Numbered from the stretch's first letter, positions 9,942 through 18,476 are shown. The stretch is 33,441 nucleotides of DNA from Porticoccaceae bacterium (GCA_041633885.1 JBFJMM010000001.1:1-33441); one strand, 5' to 3'. Numbers and translations: made by a program. The notes: generated by a model from the letters alone, not told the origin.

Positions 9942-9971
9942 TACAGACACCGTTCCACGGGAAATATTACC

Positions 9972-10002
9972 ATCGGTTTGTATAACTATCGGTTTGTATA
10001 AC
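9972..10002. repeat. Perfect tandem direct repeat: 2 x 15 nt ATCGGTTTGTATAAC separated by 1 nt (period 16)
   Basis: Read directly: cc[ATCGGTTTGTATAAC]t[ATCGGTTTGTATAAC]caagg. It lies 31-61 nt upstream of the sdhE ATG, in the sdhE/ygfZ divergent intergenic region. Confidence 0.9.
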
Positions 10003-10222
10003 CAAGGTAGCCATCTTACTAAAATCGCAGTCCCACTTCAGCTGCAGCCACGCTAAGCGCGGCCGCTTTTCCGGTCCTGTCTCTGGCAGCGGGTCCGAGC
10101 ATCCGCACGGGTCAATTTCAGATGCATACGATGGCAGGATCGCCAACCGGGCGCGATCCAATTATAGTGGCACTGCAACCTACAACTGATTACCATGTCG
10201 ATCCTGATTTACTCTGGCGCTT

Positions 10223-11269
10223 ATGAATAGCTGGCATCAATTTCTCGCCCAGCAGGGCGGACGCTTCGATAGCAATCTCATTGTTTCGTTCGGCGAAACG
10301 GCGAACGACTACGCCACTTTGAGCACCGCAACGACACTAACAGATATTGGCGATCAGGGCCTGTTATCTCTCAACGGTGCGCAAAGCGCCAAATTTCTGC
10401 AGGGGCAGGTGACCTGCGATGTGAACGCACTCACGGCAAATAACAGCATCCCCGGTGCAGTCTGTAATCTCAAAGGTCGCGTCACCACCAGCTTTCGCCT
10501 CATCACATTCCGCCCCGATGCGGGGGACGTGGACCAGATACTGATGTTGATGCATCGCGAACTGGTGCCGCCAACCATCACCACCCTGAGTAAATACGCG
10601 GTATTCTCAAAAACCGCTGTGCTTGACTGCAGTGGCGATTATCGACAATTTGGGGTTGCCGGACCCGATCCATCAACCGCCCTCGCCGCGCTATTTACAG
10701 ACATACCCAAGGCCACCAACCAAACCGTGCAGGGGGAGCTGGCCACCCTGATCCGTATCGACCCGGAGCGGTTTATCGTTGTCGTTCCCCAGGCGAACGC
10801 TGCGGCTGTCTGGCGCAAACTTGCCACAAACGCTACCGCGGTGGGATTGCCGTTCTGGCAACTGCTCGACGTGCGCGCCGGGTTTGCCGCTGTTGGTCCT
10901 GCTACCAGCGGGGAATTTGTGCCGCAAATGCTGAATTATCAGGCCCTCGGCGCGGTCAGTTTCAAAAAAGGCTGCTATACGGGCCAGGAAATTGTGGCCC
11001 GCATGCAGTACCTGGGTAAACTCAAGCGGCGTCTCTACCGTCTGTGCGTTGACGCCGTTGACCTGTGTTGCCCCGGCGCAGTGATCACTACTGTCGGCAG
11101 CGCGCAGGAAATCGGCCAGGTGGTGCTCGCCGCCGCCGCTGACACAACCACTCAGGAAATACTGGCGATACTGACACAGGACGCCGCACAACAGCAGCAG
11201 CTGGTCATCGCGGGCACACCGGTGGCGGTGACCCTGCTGCCCCTGCCCTACTCCCTGGACGCACCTTGA
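10223..11269 (+). CDS. ygfZ: Folate-binding Fe-S cluster repair / tRNA-modification protein YgfZ
   Basis: 348 aa with the family-defining KGCYTGQEIVARMQYLGKLKRRLY motif (KGC[YF]xGQE). It is divergent from sdhE-ygfX, as in E. coli. Confidence 0.85.
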   Translation: MNSWHQFLAQQGGRFDSNLIVSFGETANDYATLSTATTLTDIGDQGLLSLNGAQSAKFLQGQVTCDVNALTANNSIPGAVCNLKGRVTTSFRLITFRPDAGDVDQILMLMHRELVPPTITTLSKYAVFSKTAVLDCSGDYRQFGVAGPDPSTALAALFTDIPKATNQTVQGELATLIRIDPERFIVVVPQANAAAVWRKLATNATAVGLPFWQLLDVRAGFAAVGPATSGEFVPQMLNYQALGAVSFKKGCYTGQEIVARMQYLGKLKRRLYRLCVDAVDLCCPGAVITTVGSAQEIGQVVLAAAADTTTQEILAILTQDAAQQQQLVIAGTPVAVTLLPLPYSLDAP

Positions 11270-11682
11270 TCGAATGGTTTGCCCAGCACCACGCACTTCT
11301 GGCATGGATGACCGGCGTGTCGATTGTTACTTTTGTTGCCAGTTTACTGAGCCTGCCCTGGCTGGTCAGCCGCATCCCCGAGGACTACTTTTTGCGGGAA
11401 AAGCGCCGTCCCAGTCCATGGAAAGAGACCCATCCCGCGATCCGTCTGGGGGTCTTGATAGGCAAAAACGTCCTCGGGCTGGTACTGCTACTGGGAGGCA
11501 CATTGATGCTGTTTCTGCCAGGCCAGGGACTACTCACCATGGCAATGGGCATCCTTTTGCTCGACTACCCGGGAAAATTTCGCCTGGAACGCAGGATCGT
11601 GCGAGTGCCTCAGGTATCTGAGAGTCTCAACTGGTTGCGGTCGAAGCGCGGCGTAGGGCCGTTGCTGGTGGACGGCGACTGA
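11266..11682 (+). CDS. Small inner-membrane protein of unknown function (about 3 TM helices, PGPGW-like LPGQGLL motif)
   Basis: 138-aa ORF with the codon bias of its neighbours and hydrophobic segments LLAWMTGVSIVTFVASLLSL, VLGLVLLLGGTLMLFL and LLTMAMGILLL. Its TTG start overlaps the ygfZ stop (cTTGAtc). An alternative ATG lies at 11308. Confidence 0.5.
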   Translation: MIEWFAQHHALLAWMTGVSIVTFVASLLSLPWLVSRIPEDYFLREKRRPSPWKETHPAIRLGVLIGKNVLGLVLLLGGTLMLFLPGQGLLTMAMGILLLDYPGKFRLERRIVRVPQVSESLNWLRSKRGVGPLLVDGD

Positions 11683-11706
11683 AAGCCGGGTCGCTGGCGC
11701 CGCCCG

Positions 11707-12096
11707 TCACTGGCGCCGCAGTGACAACAATTCAACCCTGTACCCATCCGGGTCTTCCACAAACGCCAATACGGTCGTGCCATGCTGCATCGGACCGGGC
11801 TCGCGCACCACGTTGCCGCCTTTGGCCTTGATCGCCGCACAGGTCGCGTAGACGTCCTCGACACCGATTGCTATATGCCCGTAAGCGTTGCCGAGCGTAT
11901 AGCTGTCGGTGTCCCAATTGTGAGTCAACTCCAGCACCGTGTTTTCAGACTCGGGCCCGTAGCCGAGAAATGCCAGGGTAAAACGCCCCTCTGGAAAATC
12001 CGTTTTGCGCAACAACTGCATTCCCAACAGTTCGTTATAGAACGTCAGGGAGCGTTCCAGATTCCCCACTCGCAACATCGTATGCAACAACTTCAT
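11707..12096 (-). CDS. gloA: Lactoylglutathione lyase (glyoxalase I)
   Basis: MKLLHTMLRVGNLERSLTFYNELLGMQLLRKTDFPEGRFTLAFLGYG...HIAIGVEDV...VREPGPM is a clear GloA sequence of about 129 aa. AGGAAG lies 6 nt upstream of the ATG at 12094-12096. The 214-aa track ORF is an upstream over-extension. Confidence 0.9.
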   Translation of the reverse strand: MKLLHTMLRVGNLERSLTFYNELLGMQLLRKTDFPEGRFTLAFLGYGPESENTVLELTHNWDTDSYTLGNAYGHIAIGVEDVYATCAAIKAKGGNVVREPGPMQHGTTVLAFVEDPDGYRVELLSLRRQ

Positions 12097-12137
12097 CGGC
12101 ACTTCCTGAATTTTAGCGACCCGGTGGCAGTCCAGGG

Positions 12138-12737
12138 TCAATCGACAAACACCGGTGTCGCGATATACTCCCAGATAATTGCGGTGCCGACCAGCACTAC
12201 AACCACGTAGACCAGCGCCACGGTAAACACCGCGCTGGCGTATAGAAAACCCCTGTCCCAGGGTACTTTCATCATCGCCGGCACCCCCACGTACACCAGG
12301 TATATGGCGTAGGTGGACGCTGCGATCGCCAGTATAATATCCAGCCACCAAATCGGATAGGCGGCAAAAGCGCCAGCCAGAAATACCGGCGTACAGGCAT
12401 AGCCCATCAACACCACACCCTTGATTGGAAACGATACGGTCTGATAGGTCTGCGACATCCAGTCCAGCATCAACCCGATAAATATCACGGCGCCAAGCAA
12501 CGCCAGGTAAAAAAGTACAACCAGCGGAATCGCGCTACCCTCGGTGATCCGCACCGTCTCGACACCGGAGATACTCCAGCCAACCTTGGTTGTACCTATA
12601 TAAAAACCCAGCGCTGGCAGTAACGCCATAACGATGGGATAGGGAAGTAAACGTTTGATTTGTGTATCACTCAATGCCGCAATAGCTTTCCACTGTGCAC
12701 GCGGACGAAATAGTAACCCCGGTATATGGCCAAACAT
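12138..12737 (-). CDS. Yip1-family (DUF1282-like) integral membrane protein
   Basis: About 199 aa with five predicted TM helices. The N-terminus MFGHIPGLLFRPRAQWKAI resembles the Yip1-domain proteins of gammaproteobacteria. The family assignment is from memory of the pattern, not from a search. Confidence 0.55.
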   Translation of the reverse strand: MFGHIPGLLFRPRAQWKAIAALSDTQIKRLLPYPIVMALLPALGFYIGTTKVGWSISGVETVRITEGSAIPLVVLFYLALLGAVIFIGLMLDWMSQTYQTVSFPIKGVVLMGYACTPVFLAGAFAAYPIWWLDIILAIAASTYAIYLVYVGVPAMMKVPWDRGFLYASAVFTVALVYVVVVLVGTAIIWEYIATPVFVD

Positions 12738-12775
12738 AAGCACGCCTGTTCAATTGTTGTAATAGTTGAAGGTGG

Positions 12776-12817
12776 TTTATAACGCCTGTATAGCGAGAGC
12801 ACATTGACGAGTATCAA
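12776..12817 (-). promoter_or_regulatory. Candidate FNR/Anr-dependent class II promoter upstream of the Yip1-like gene
   Basis: TTGACgagtATCAA at 12804-12817 matches 9/10 positions of TTGAT-N4-ATCAA. A minus-strand TATAAA (comp. 12776-12781) has its centre 32 bp from the box centre, which is the -41.5/-10 geometry. It lies about 40 nt upstream of the ATG at 12737. Confidence 0.5.
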
Positions 12818-12880
12818 CCCTGACCCCTGAAACTTCGCGCCCTGTTGTGCCGGAGCGGCGGTACCTGCCGATCAGGAATA

Positions 12881-13555
12881 CTAATGTCCCCAGTGTCCCG
12901 CGACCACCGCGAGCAACGTCCACACGCCGTAACTTACCAGCAACAACGCAAACACACGGCGAAATTGTGGGCTTTGCAGCTGACGGGCGAGAGCGCCATT
13001 GGCAAAGCCCGTCACTAGCATCGCTGGTAAGGTCCCCAATCCGAAAGCCGTCATTTGCGCCATGCCCCCCTGCGGCGATCCCGCCGTGCTGGCAAATGCC
13101 AGTGCGCTGTACACCAGCCCACAGGGCAACCAACCCCAGATCATTCCCAGTGCCAGCGCGTTAATGGTCGATCGCACCGGCAAGACCCGTTGACCGAGCG
13201 GTTGCAGTCGCCGCCACAATACGCGGCCACCCTGCTCCAGCCAGGTCAATCCACGCCACCAGCCAATCACATAAAAACCCATTCCGATCAGCAAGCATCC
13301 CGCAATGATCCGTAAAACGGGGCCCGCCGCGAGGTAATTTGCGCCCAGTGCCCCCACGCTTGCCACCAGTGCCCCCGCCACGGCATAACCGCATATACGG
13401 CCCAGATTGTAAGCCAGCACCCAACGCCGGGCGCCATTGTCACCCGCGAACCCCAATGCAGATGCTATGCCGCCACACATGCCAAGACAGTGACCCGCAC
13501 CCAGCAACCCGATACCAAACATCGCCGCGAATGCTGCTACCGCGCCTTCACCCAT
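12881..13555 (-). CDS. TauE/SafE - DsbD_2-like membrane protein linked to the cco assembly genes
   Basis: A multi-TM protein with GAGHCLGMCGGI in the first helix and WLPCG in a later helix. The ATG at 13553-13555 overlaps the ccoS stop within the octamer ATGGGTGA. The track start at 13597 is further upstream. Confidence 0.7.
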   Translation of the reverse strand: MGEGAVAAFAAMFGIGLLGAGHCLGMCGGIASALGFAGDNGARRWVLAYNLGRICGYAVAGALVASVGALGANYLAAGPVLRIIAGCLLIGMGFYVIGWWRGLTWLEQGGRVLWRRLQPLGQRVLPVRSTINALALGMIWGWLPCGLVYSALAFASTAGSPQGGMAQMTAFGLGTLPAMLVTGFANGALARQLQSPQFRRVFALLLVSYGVWTLLAVVAGHWGH

Positions 13556-13787
13556 CCGTCGCAACCGGCCGTTGCGCCTCGGTTCCCTGGATCGCACCCG
13601 CTACCGACCCGGCGACCACGCCATCGTCCGCGGACCGATCGAGGCCGACTTCCTCGTCAAACAGGATCCGCTCACCATCCCCGTCGAGGTCGTCGTACTG
13701 ACCACTTTTAACCGCCCAGAAAAAAACCGCAAGACTGGCGCCCAGCACAACGATGGACAGGGGAATCAATAAATACAGACTTTCCAT
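13548..13787 (-). CDS. ccoS: cbb3 oxidase maturation protein CcoS/FixS
   Basis: MESLYLLIPLSIVVLGASLAVFFWAVKSGQYDDLDG..ILFDEE is the canonical CcoS single-TM sequence. GAAGGG lies upstream of the ATG at 13785-13787. It lies downstream of ccoI. Confidence 0.85.
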   Translation of the reverse strand: MESLYLLIPLSIVVLGASLAVFFWAVKSGQYDDLDGDGERILFDEEVGLDRSADDGVVAGSVAGAIQGTEAQRPVATDG

Positions 13788-13820
13788 GGGAGACCCTTCG
13801 CGGTACAAAACTCTCCGCCC

Positions 13821-16352
13821 TCAAATTAACATCGCCGACGCTGGCCCTGCTTCTTTATCCGGCACGTCGCGCTGAATCTTGCCACCGCGCAGTCGCAGGG
13901 CATTGACCACCACCAACAGAGAGCTCGCCGACATGCCAATCGCCGCCGCCCAGGGCGGCACCCAGCCAGCCATCGCCAGTGGTAACGCGCTCACATTATA
14001 AAATATTGCCCACCACATATTTTGCCGCACAATCAGGGCGGTTGTGTGTGCCACATCTACCGCTTCCACCAGCGTGTGCAAATTTCCGGTCATCAGCACA
14101 GCGTCCGCCGCCAGCCGTGTGAAATCGGTAGTATCGCCCACCGCTACAGAAATATCGGCACCACTCAGTACCGGCACGTCGTTAATGCCGTCGCCGACCA
14201 TCAACACCACATCCCCGGCGGCCTGGCAACTGCGAATACGCGCCAATTTATCCGCCGGCGAGCTATTTGCGTGCCAAGTACGGATTCCAAGCATTGTCGC
14301 CAGCTCGGATACATTCTCAGTTCTATCGCCACTTAATAACTCCACCGCAAGTCGACGTGCTGCAAAACATTGCACCATTGCGCCCGCCCCTGGACGCAGC
14401 GCATCAACAAGCACCAGCGCCGCCACCAGGCCACCGCGACTGGCGAGATACACGACAACTCGTGGTGGCCCGCCGCACCCGTCCTCGCCACCCTGAGCAG
14501 AACATTCCAACTCCGGAAACGCCGGCGTGAAACCCAGCACCTGGATAATAAATGCCGGTTTGCCGAGGGCATACAGTTCCCCATCAATCACCCCACTCAC
14601 GCCGCCGCCGACAGTGTGCTTGAGTTGTAGCGCATGCACCGGGGTGGCGCGCTCGTTCAAGGCCATGGCGATCGGGTGGCGACAACCTTGCTCCAGCGCT
14701 GCGGCGATATCCAGAATTCTAGCGTCGAGCGGCCCGATTGCCACATCCCATTGCGCGGACGAATGCGGCTGTGGATGGCCTGCGGATGGCATCAGCACCT
14801 TTTGTATTGCCAGTTTCCCGGTTGTCAGGGTGCCAGTTTTATCCAGTATCACCCGCGTCACCCCGTGCAACGTTTGCAATACGTGCCCGCGGCGCACCAG
14901 AAACCCCTGTCGCTGCAGACGACCCGTGACCACCGCCAGCGCCACCGGCGTTGCGAGCGACAGCGCGCAGGGGCAGGTTACCACCAATACCGACAACGTC
15001 ACCCACAGCGCCCGTTCCGGTGCAAACCACCACCACAGCGCAAACACCAGCGCAGCCACCACCAGCACCAGGCCCACAAACCAGCCCGCGAGGCGATCGG
15101 CCACAGCGACTTGCCGGGGCTTTTCGGCCGCCGCCGCGTCCAACATGGACAAAATCGCTGACAAGCGGGTGGCTCTGCCGACCGCACTCACCTGAATCCT
15201 GAGGCGATTGTTGGTATTGACCGTGCCGGCACTAACCATGTCACCGCACCCTTTGCCGACGGGTTGTTGCTCCCCGGTCAACATTGCTTCAACCACCTGA
15301 CTGTATCCGGATACGACGACTCCGTCGGCGGGCAGGGTGTCGCCCTCGCCAATCTGAATAATTTCACCGACCCGCAGTGATTTAACCGGCACCTGTTCCA
15401 GGCTGGCGCCGTTTACCCGCAGCGCGGTCAGTGGTACTGAACGCGCCGCACGTCCCGCTGTCAGTTCGTTGCGGTAACGCACGCGCATCTCAAAAAAACG
15501 GCCCAGCAATAAAAAGAATGTCAGCATCGACACCGCATCAAAATAAACCTCCCCGGCCTGCGTCACGGTTGCCCACAAGCTCGCCACATAAGCCAGCGCT
15601 ATGGCCAGAGCGATGGGTACATCCATAGTCAGCTGCATACAACGGGCGCTGCGCCAGGCGCCGAGGAAAAACGGTTGTGCCGAGTACATCACCACCGGCG
15701 TGGCGACCAGCAGACTGATCCAGCGCAAAAAATTCACCCAGTGCTGTTCGATACCCTGAAAAGCGCCCGCGTACAGGGCGATGGCCAGCATGCCCGCCTG
15801 CATCATGCCAATCCCGGCAACACCAAGGCGCAATACATAACGCCGTTGCTCGGCGGCAAGTGATGCCAGTGCCCTGGATTCGTCGGCTGGTTCGACCCGA
15901 TAGCCAATACTCGCGATAGCGGCCAATACCTTGCTCAGGGGTAAGTCCGCAAGTCGCCACTGCACCCGACAGCGGTGGCGAGTCACATTGACCGCTACCG
16001 CCTCCACAGCGGGTAATTTGTGTAAGCGGTGTTCGATCAGCCAGGCACAGGCGGCGCAGGTTATGTCGGCCACAGCCAACTCAACGGTAGCCAAACCCCG
16101 GGCATCGACGCTGATTAAGTCTTCATACACCGCAGGCAGATCGTAGCCGCCCAACTCCCCATCGACCGCAGCGCGGCGCGCGGGGCGGGTTCGATAGCGA
16201 TAGAATTTTTCCAGTCCGCCATCGACAATCGCCCTCGCCACCGCCTCACAACCAATACAACACATCGGCCTTGGCACACCGTCCACAACCAGACTGAAAT
16301 CGACGCCAGCGGGCACGGGTAACTGGCAATGAAAACACCGGTTAGCGGACAT
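13821..16352 (-). CDS. ccoI: Copper-translocating P1B-type ATPase CcoI/FixI
   Basis: N-terminal Cys-rich region (CFHCQLPV, CCIGCEAV), an HMA-like TCAACAWLIEHRL, the TM CPC motif (VVTCPCALSLATP), the phosphorylation site DKTGTLT and the hinge GDGINDVPVL. The ATG at 16350-16352 overlaps the ccoH stop by 11 nt. The track start at 16445 is an over-extension. Confidence 0.9.
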   Translation of the reverse strand: MSANRCFHCQLPVPAGVDFSLVVDGVPRPMCCIGCEAVARAIVDGGLEKFYRYRTRPARRAAVDGELGGYDLPAVYEDLISVDARGLATVELAVADITCAACAWLIEHRLHKLPAVEAVAVNVTRHRCRVQWRLADLPLSKVLAAIASIGYRVEPADESRALASLAAEQRRYVLRLGVAGIGMMQAGMLAIALYAGAFQGIEQHWVNFLRWISLLVATPVVMYSAQPFFLGAWRSARCMQLTMDVPIALAIALAYVASLWATVTQAGEVYFDAVSMLTFFLLLGRFFEMRVRYRNELTAGRAARSVPLTALRVNGASLEQVPVKSLRVGEIIQIGEGDTLPADGVVVSGYSQVVEAMLTGEQQPVGKGCGDMVSAGTVNTNNRLRIQVSAVGRATRLSAILSMLDAAAAEKPRQVAVADRLAGWFVGLVLVVAALVFALWWWFAPERALWVTLSVLVVTCPCALSLATPVALAVVTGRLQRQGFLVRRGHVLQTLHGVTRVILDKTGTLTTGKLAIQKVLMPSAGHPQPHSSAQWDVAIGPLDARILDIAAALEQGCRHPIAMALNERATPVHALQLKHTVGGGVSGVIDGELYALGKPAFIIQVLGFTPAFPELECSAQGGEDGCGGPPRVVVYLASRGGLVAALVLVDALRPGAGAMVQCFAARRLAVELLSGDRTENVSELATMLGIRTWHANSSPADKLARIRSCQAAGDVVLMVGDGINDVPVLSGADISVAVGDTTDFTRLAADAVLMTGNLHTLVEAVDVAHTTALIVRQNMWWAIFYNVSALPLAMAGWVPPWAAAIGMSASSLLVVVNALRLRGGKIQRDVPDKEAGPASAMLI

Positions 16353-16968
16353 GGTTCCGCTCACTGGTATCGTTTGGCCGGTCTTTTTCCAGCTTTGGCC
16401 CGTCGACAGTGCCGAGATAGCTGAGGTGTTCCCGCGCAAAATCAATTTCGCCGTTCAATCGCCACGCTGCTTTATTGAAGGCCGCGCGATCGCGTAGCGG
16501 ACCTGGCATCAGGCGCAGGTAAAAACGATGGGCGGGCGGTGCGGATAAATGCCCCCGATAGAGCTCCCCGTTTACGGCTGTCGCCACCAGGGCACGATCC
16601 CCGCGGGCGTCTGTCGGATGCAACAACAGCAGCGTTAGCTGGTCGGGTAAACCACCCGCCCCCGCGATCGCGTGCGCCGCCAACCGAATCACCACGGTAG
16701 CGCTGTCGTCAACAAATTCAACGCGCGCAGACAAGCCCAGCGTTCGCGCCCGCTCGTCCTGGGACAAACGCTCGTTTATGGCCAAGCCATCCCGATAGTA
16801 ATTGTCGCTGACCAGCTGGTCACTGTGGCGATTCGCCAACACCAGGGTGTACAAACTTGCACACACCACCGCCGCTGGCAACGCAAACAAAAACCAGGGC
16901 CAGAATTGACGATACCAGGCCTCGCCCGCCACGCCGTGTGCGCCACTGTCTTTATCCTTATCCAACAT
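16342..16968 (-). CDS. ccoH: cbb3 oxidase assembly protein CcoH/FixH
   Basis: 208 aa. WYRQFWPWFLFALPAAVVCASLYTLVLA..DNYYRDGLAINE is the typical FixH N-terminal TM and periplasmic domain start. It lies between ccoG and ccoI. Confidence 0.8.
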   Translation of the reverse strand: MLDKDKDSGAHGVAGEAWYRQFWPWFLFALPAAVVCASLYTLVLANRHSDQLVSDNYYRDGLAINERLSQDERARTLGLSARVEFVDDSATVVIRLAAHAIAGAGGLPDQLTLLLLHPTDARGDRALVATAVNGELYRGHLSAPPAHRFYLRLMPGPLRDRAAFNKAAWRLNGEIDFAREHLSYLGTVDGPKLEKDRPNDTSERNHVR

Positions 16969-17051
16969 CGAAGGTCATTCCGCCCGCGGGGATCATGTGC
17001 AAATCAGAAACATGTCGTAGCCACTCACCATGGTGCGCCCTGTCATTTTGA

Positions 17052-18461
17052 CTAACGTCTGAACGGCCCGATAAACCGGCTCTCTTCGCGGTCGGCAATA
17101 CGTGCATCGTCGGCTGCATTAATCGCAAAAATAACATCACTGGTGGCCGACTCAAGAAAACCGGGATCCAGTCGCAATCGGATTACGTGCAAAAAAACCT
17201 CGCCTGCCCCCACCCGCACCGGATTGTCACCGATAAATTTAAAATCGTAGTCACCTCTAACTGTGATCTGGTAGTGATGATCGCGACTATCCATATTGCT
17301 GATACGCAACGTATAAATATTGTCAACCAGTCCCCGCGCGGTTTCCCGGTACAACAGTGCACGATCGCGCACAACATCGAGTTCCACCGGCGTACGGGTA
17401 AGCAACGCGTAGGCGAACAGGGACAGCATTAAAACTAACGCAATACCGTACCCCACCAGGCGCGGCCTGAGTATTCTGGTCGCGCCCTTTTGTAATTTAT
17501 TTTCCGTGGTAAAACTGATCAGGTGGCGCGGATATTCCATTTTGTCCATGATCGCGTCACAGGCGTCAATACACAAACCGCAGCTGATGCATTCCGACTG
17601 CAACCCGTCGCGAATATCTATACCAACCGGGCAAACTTGCACGCACAAACCGCAATCGACACAATCTCCCAACCCAGCGGCGCGATGATCGCTGTCTTTT
17701 TTGCGCGCGCCGCGTGGCTCGCCACGCGCACTATCATAGGACACTATCAACGTATCCCGATCAAACATGACCGACTGGAAGCGCGCATACGGACACATGT
17801 ATTTGCACACCTGTTCGCGCAGATAGCCCGCGTTCAAGTAGGTCGTACCACAGAACAGCAGGGTCCAGAAAACTGCAGCTGGATCCGCTGAGAACGTCAA
17901 AAATTGCGCGGCCAGCTGTCTGGCGGGGTTAAAATACGCAACAAAGGTAAAACCAGTCGCAAGGGCAATTAGCAGCCAGGTGAGATGCTTGCCGCCCTTG
18001 CGCCACACCTTATCGAAACTCCAGGGGGCCAGATCCAGTTTGATGCGACGGTTTCTCCCCCCTTCAAAAAAATGTTCCGCGCCCATAAACATCATGGTCC
18101 ACACCGTTTGCGGGCAACTGAAGCCACACCACACCCGCCCCACCAGTACCGTGACGGTAAACAGAGCGAACGCCGCGATAATCAGCAACCACGCCAGCAG
18201 CATAAAATCCTGTGGCCAAAAGGTGACCCAAAAGATATGGAACTGACGTTCCGGCAGATTGAACCAGACCGCCTGACGGCCGTCGACTTGTATCCACGGC
18301 AGCAAAAAATATCCCAGCAGCAGCGGAACACCACTACGCTTTTTTAGCTTGCGAAAAAATCCGACGAAGCGCCGCGCATAAATTTTTCTGCGCGTTTCAT
18401 ACAGATAGAGAACATGATGTTCATCGCTGGCAGGCGCTTTATCTGTTTGGGGTGCAGTCAT
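17052..18461 (-). CDS. ccoG: cbb3 oxidase accessory protein CcoG/FixG (membrane polyferredoxin, cupric reductase type)
   Basis: 469 aa with several TM helices and two 4Fe-4S motifs (CVDCGLCVQVCP, CISCGLCIDAC), plus conserved CGFSCP and CKYMCPYARFQ segments. Confidence 0.9.
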   Translation of the reverse strand: MTAPQTDKAPASDEHHVLYLYETRRKIYARRFVGFFRKLKKRSGVPLLLGYFLLPWIQVDGRQAVWFNLPERQFHIFWVTFWPQDFMLLAWLLIIAAFALFTVTVLVGRVWCGFSCPQTVWTMMFMGAEHFFEGGRNRRIKLDLAPWSFDKVWRKGGKHLTWLLIALATGFTFVAYFNPARQLAAQFLTFSADPAAVFWTLLFCGTTYLNAGYLREQVCKYMCPYARFQSVMFDRDTLIVSYDSARGEPRGARKKDSDHRAAGLGDCVDCGLCVQVCPVGIDIRDGLQSECISCGLCIDACDAIMDKMEYPRHLISFTTENKLQKGATRILRPRLVGYGIALVLMLSLFAYALLTRTPVELDVVRDRALLYRETARGLVDNIYTLRISNMDSRDHHYQITVRGDYDFKFIGDNPVRVGAGEVFLHVIRLRLDPGFLESATSDVIFAINAADDARIADREESRFIGPFRR

Positions 18462-18476
18462 CGCACGTTCACACTG

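Noticed and set aside
9967-10161. 64-aa ORF in the sdhE-ygfZ intergenic region.
   Set aside because: It has no RBS and an odd composition, and it overlaps the tandem repeat and likely promoter elements (a 7-bp GGATCGC/GCGATCC hairpin at 10137-10157 and a TATAGT at 10163-10168 for ygfZ). I treat it as non-coding.
11707-12351. Over-long track ORFs suggesting N-terminal extensions or fusions: gloA 214 aa, ccoI 874 aa, ccoO 230 aa, ccoN 497 aa, pyrC 372 aa, the desaturase 334 aa, and the SDR-frame 310 aa.
   Set aside because: In each case the conserved protein begins at an internal ATG/GTG with a suitable RBS or a stop-start overlap. The upstream extensions are R/G/S-rich and overlap the preceding gene or promoter. 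They are ORF-caller artefacts, not novel domains.
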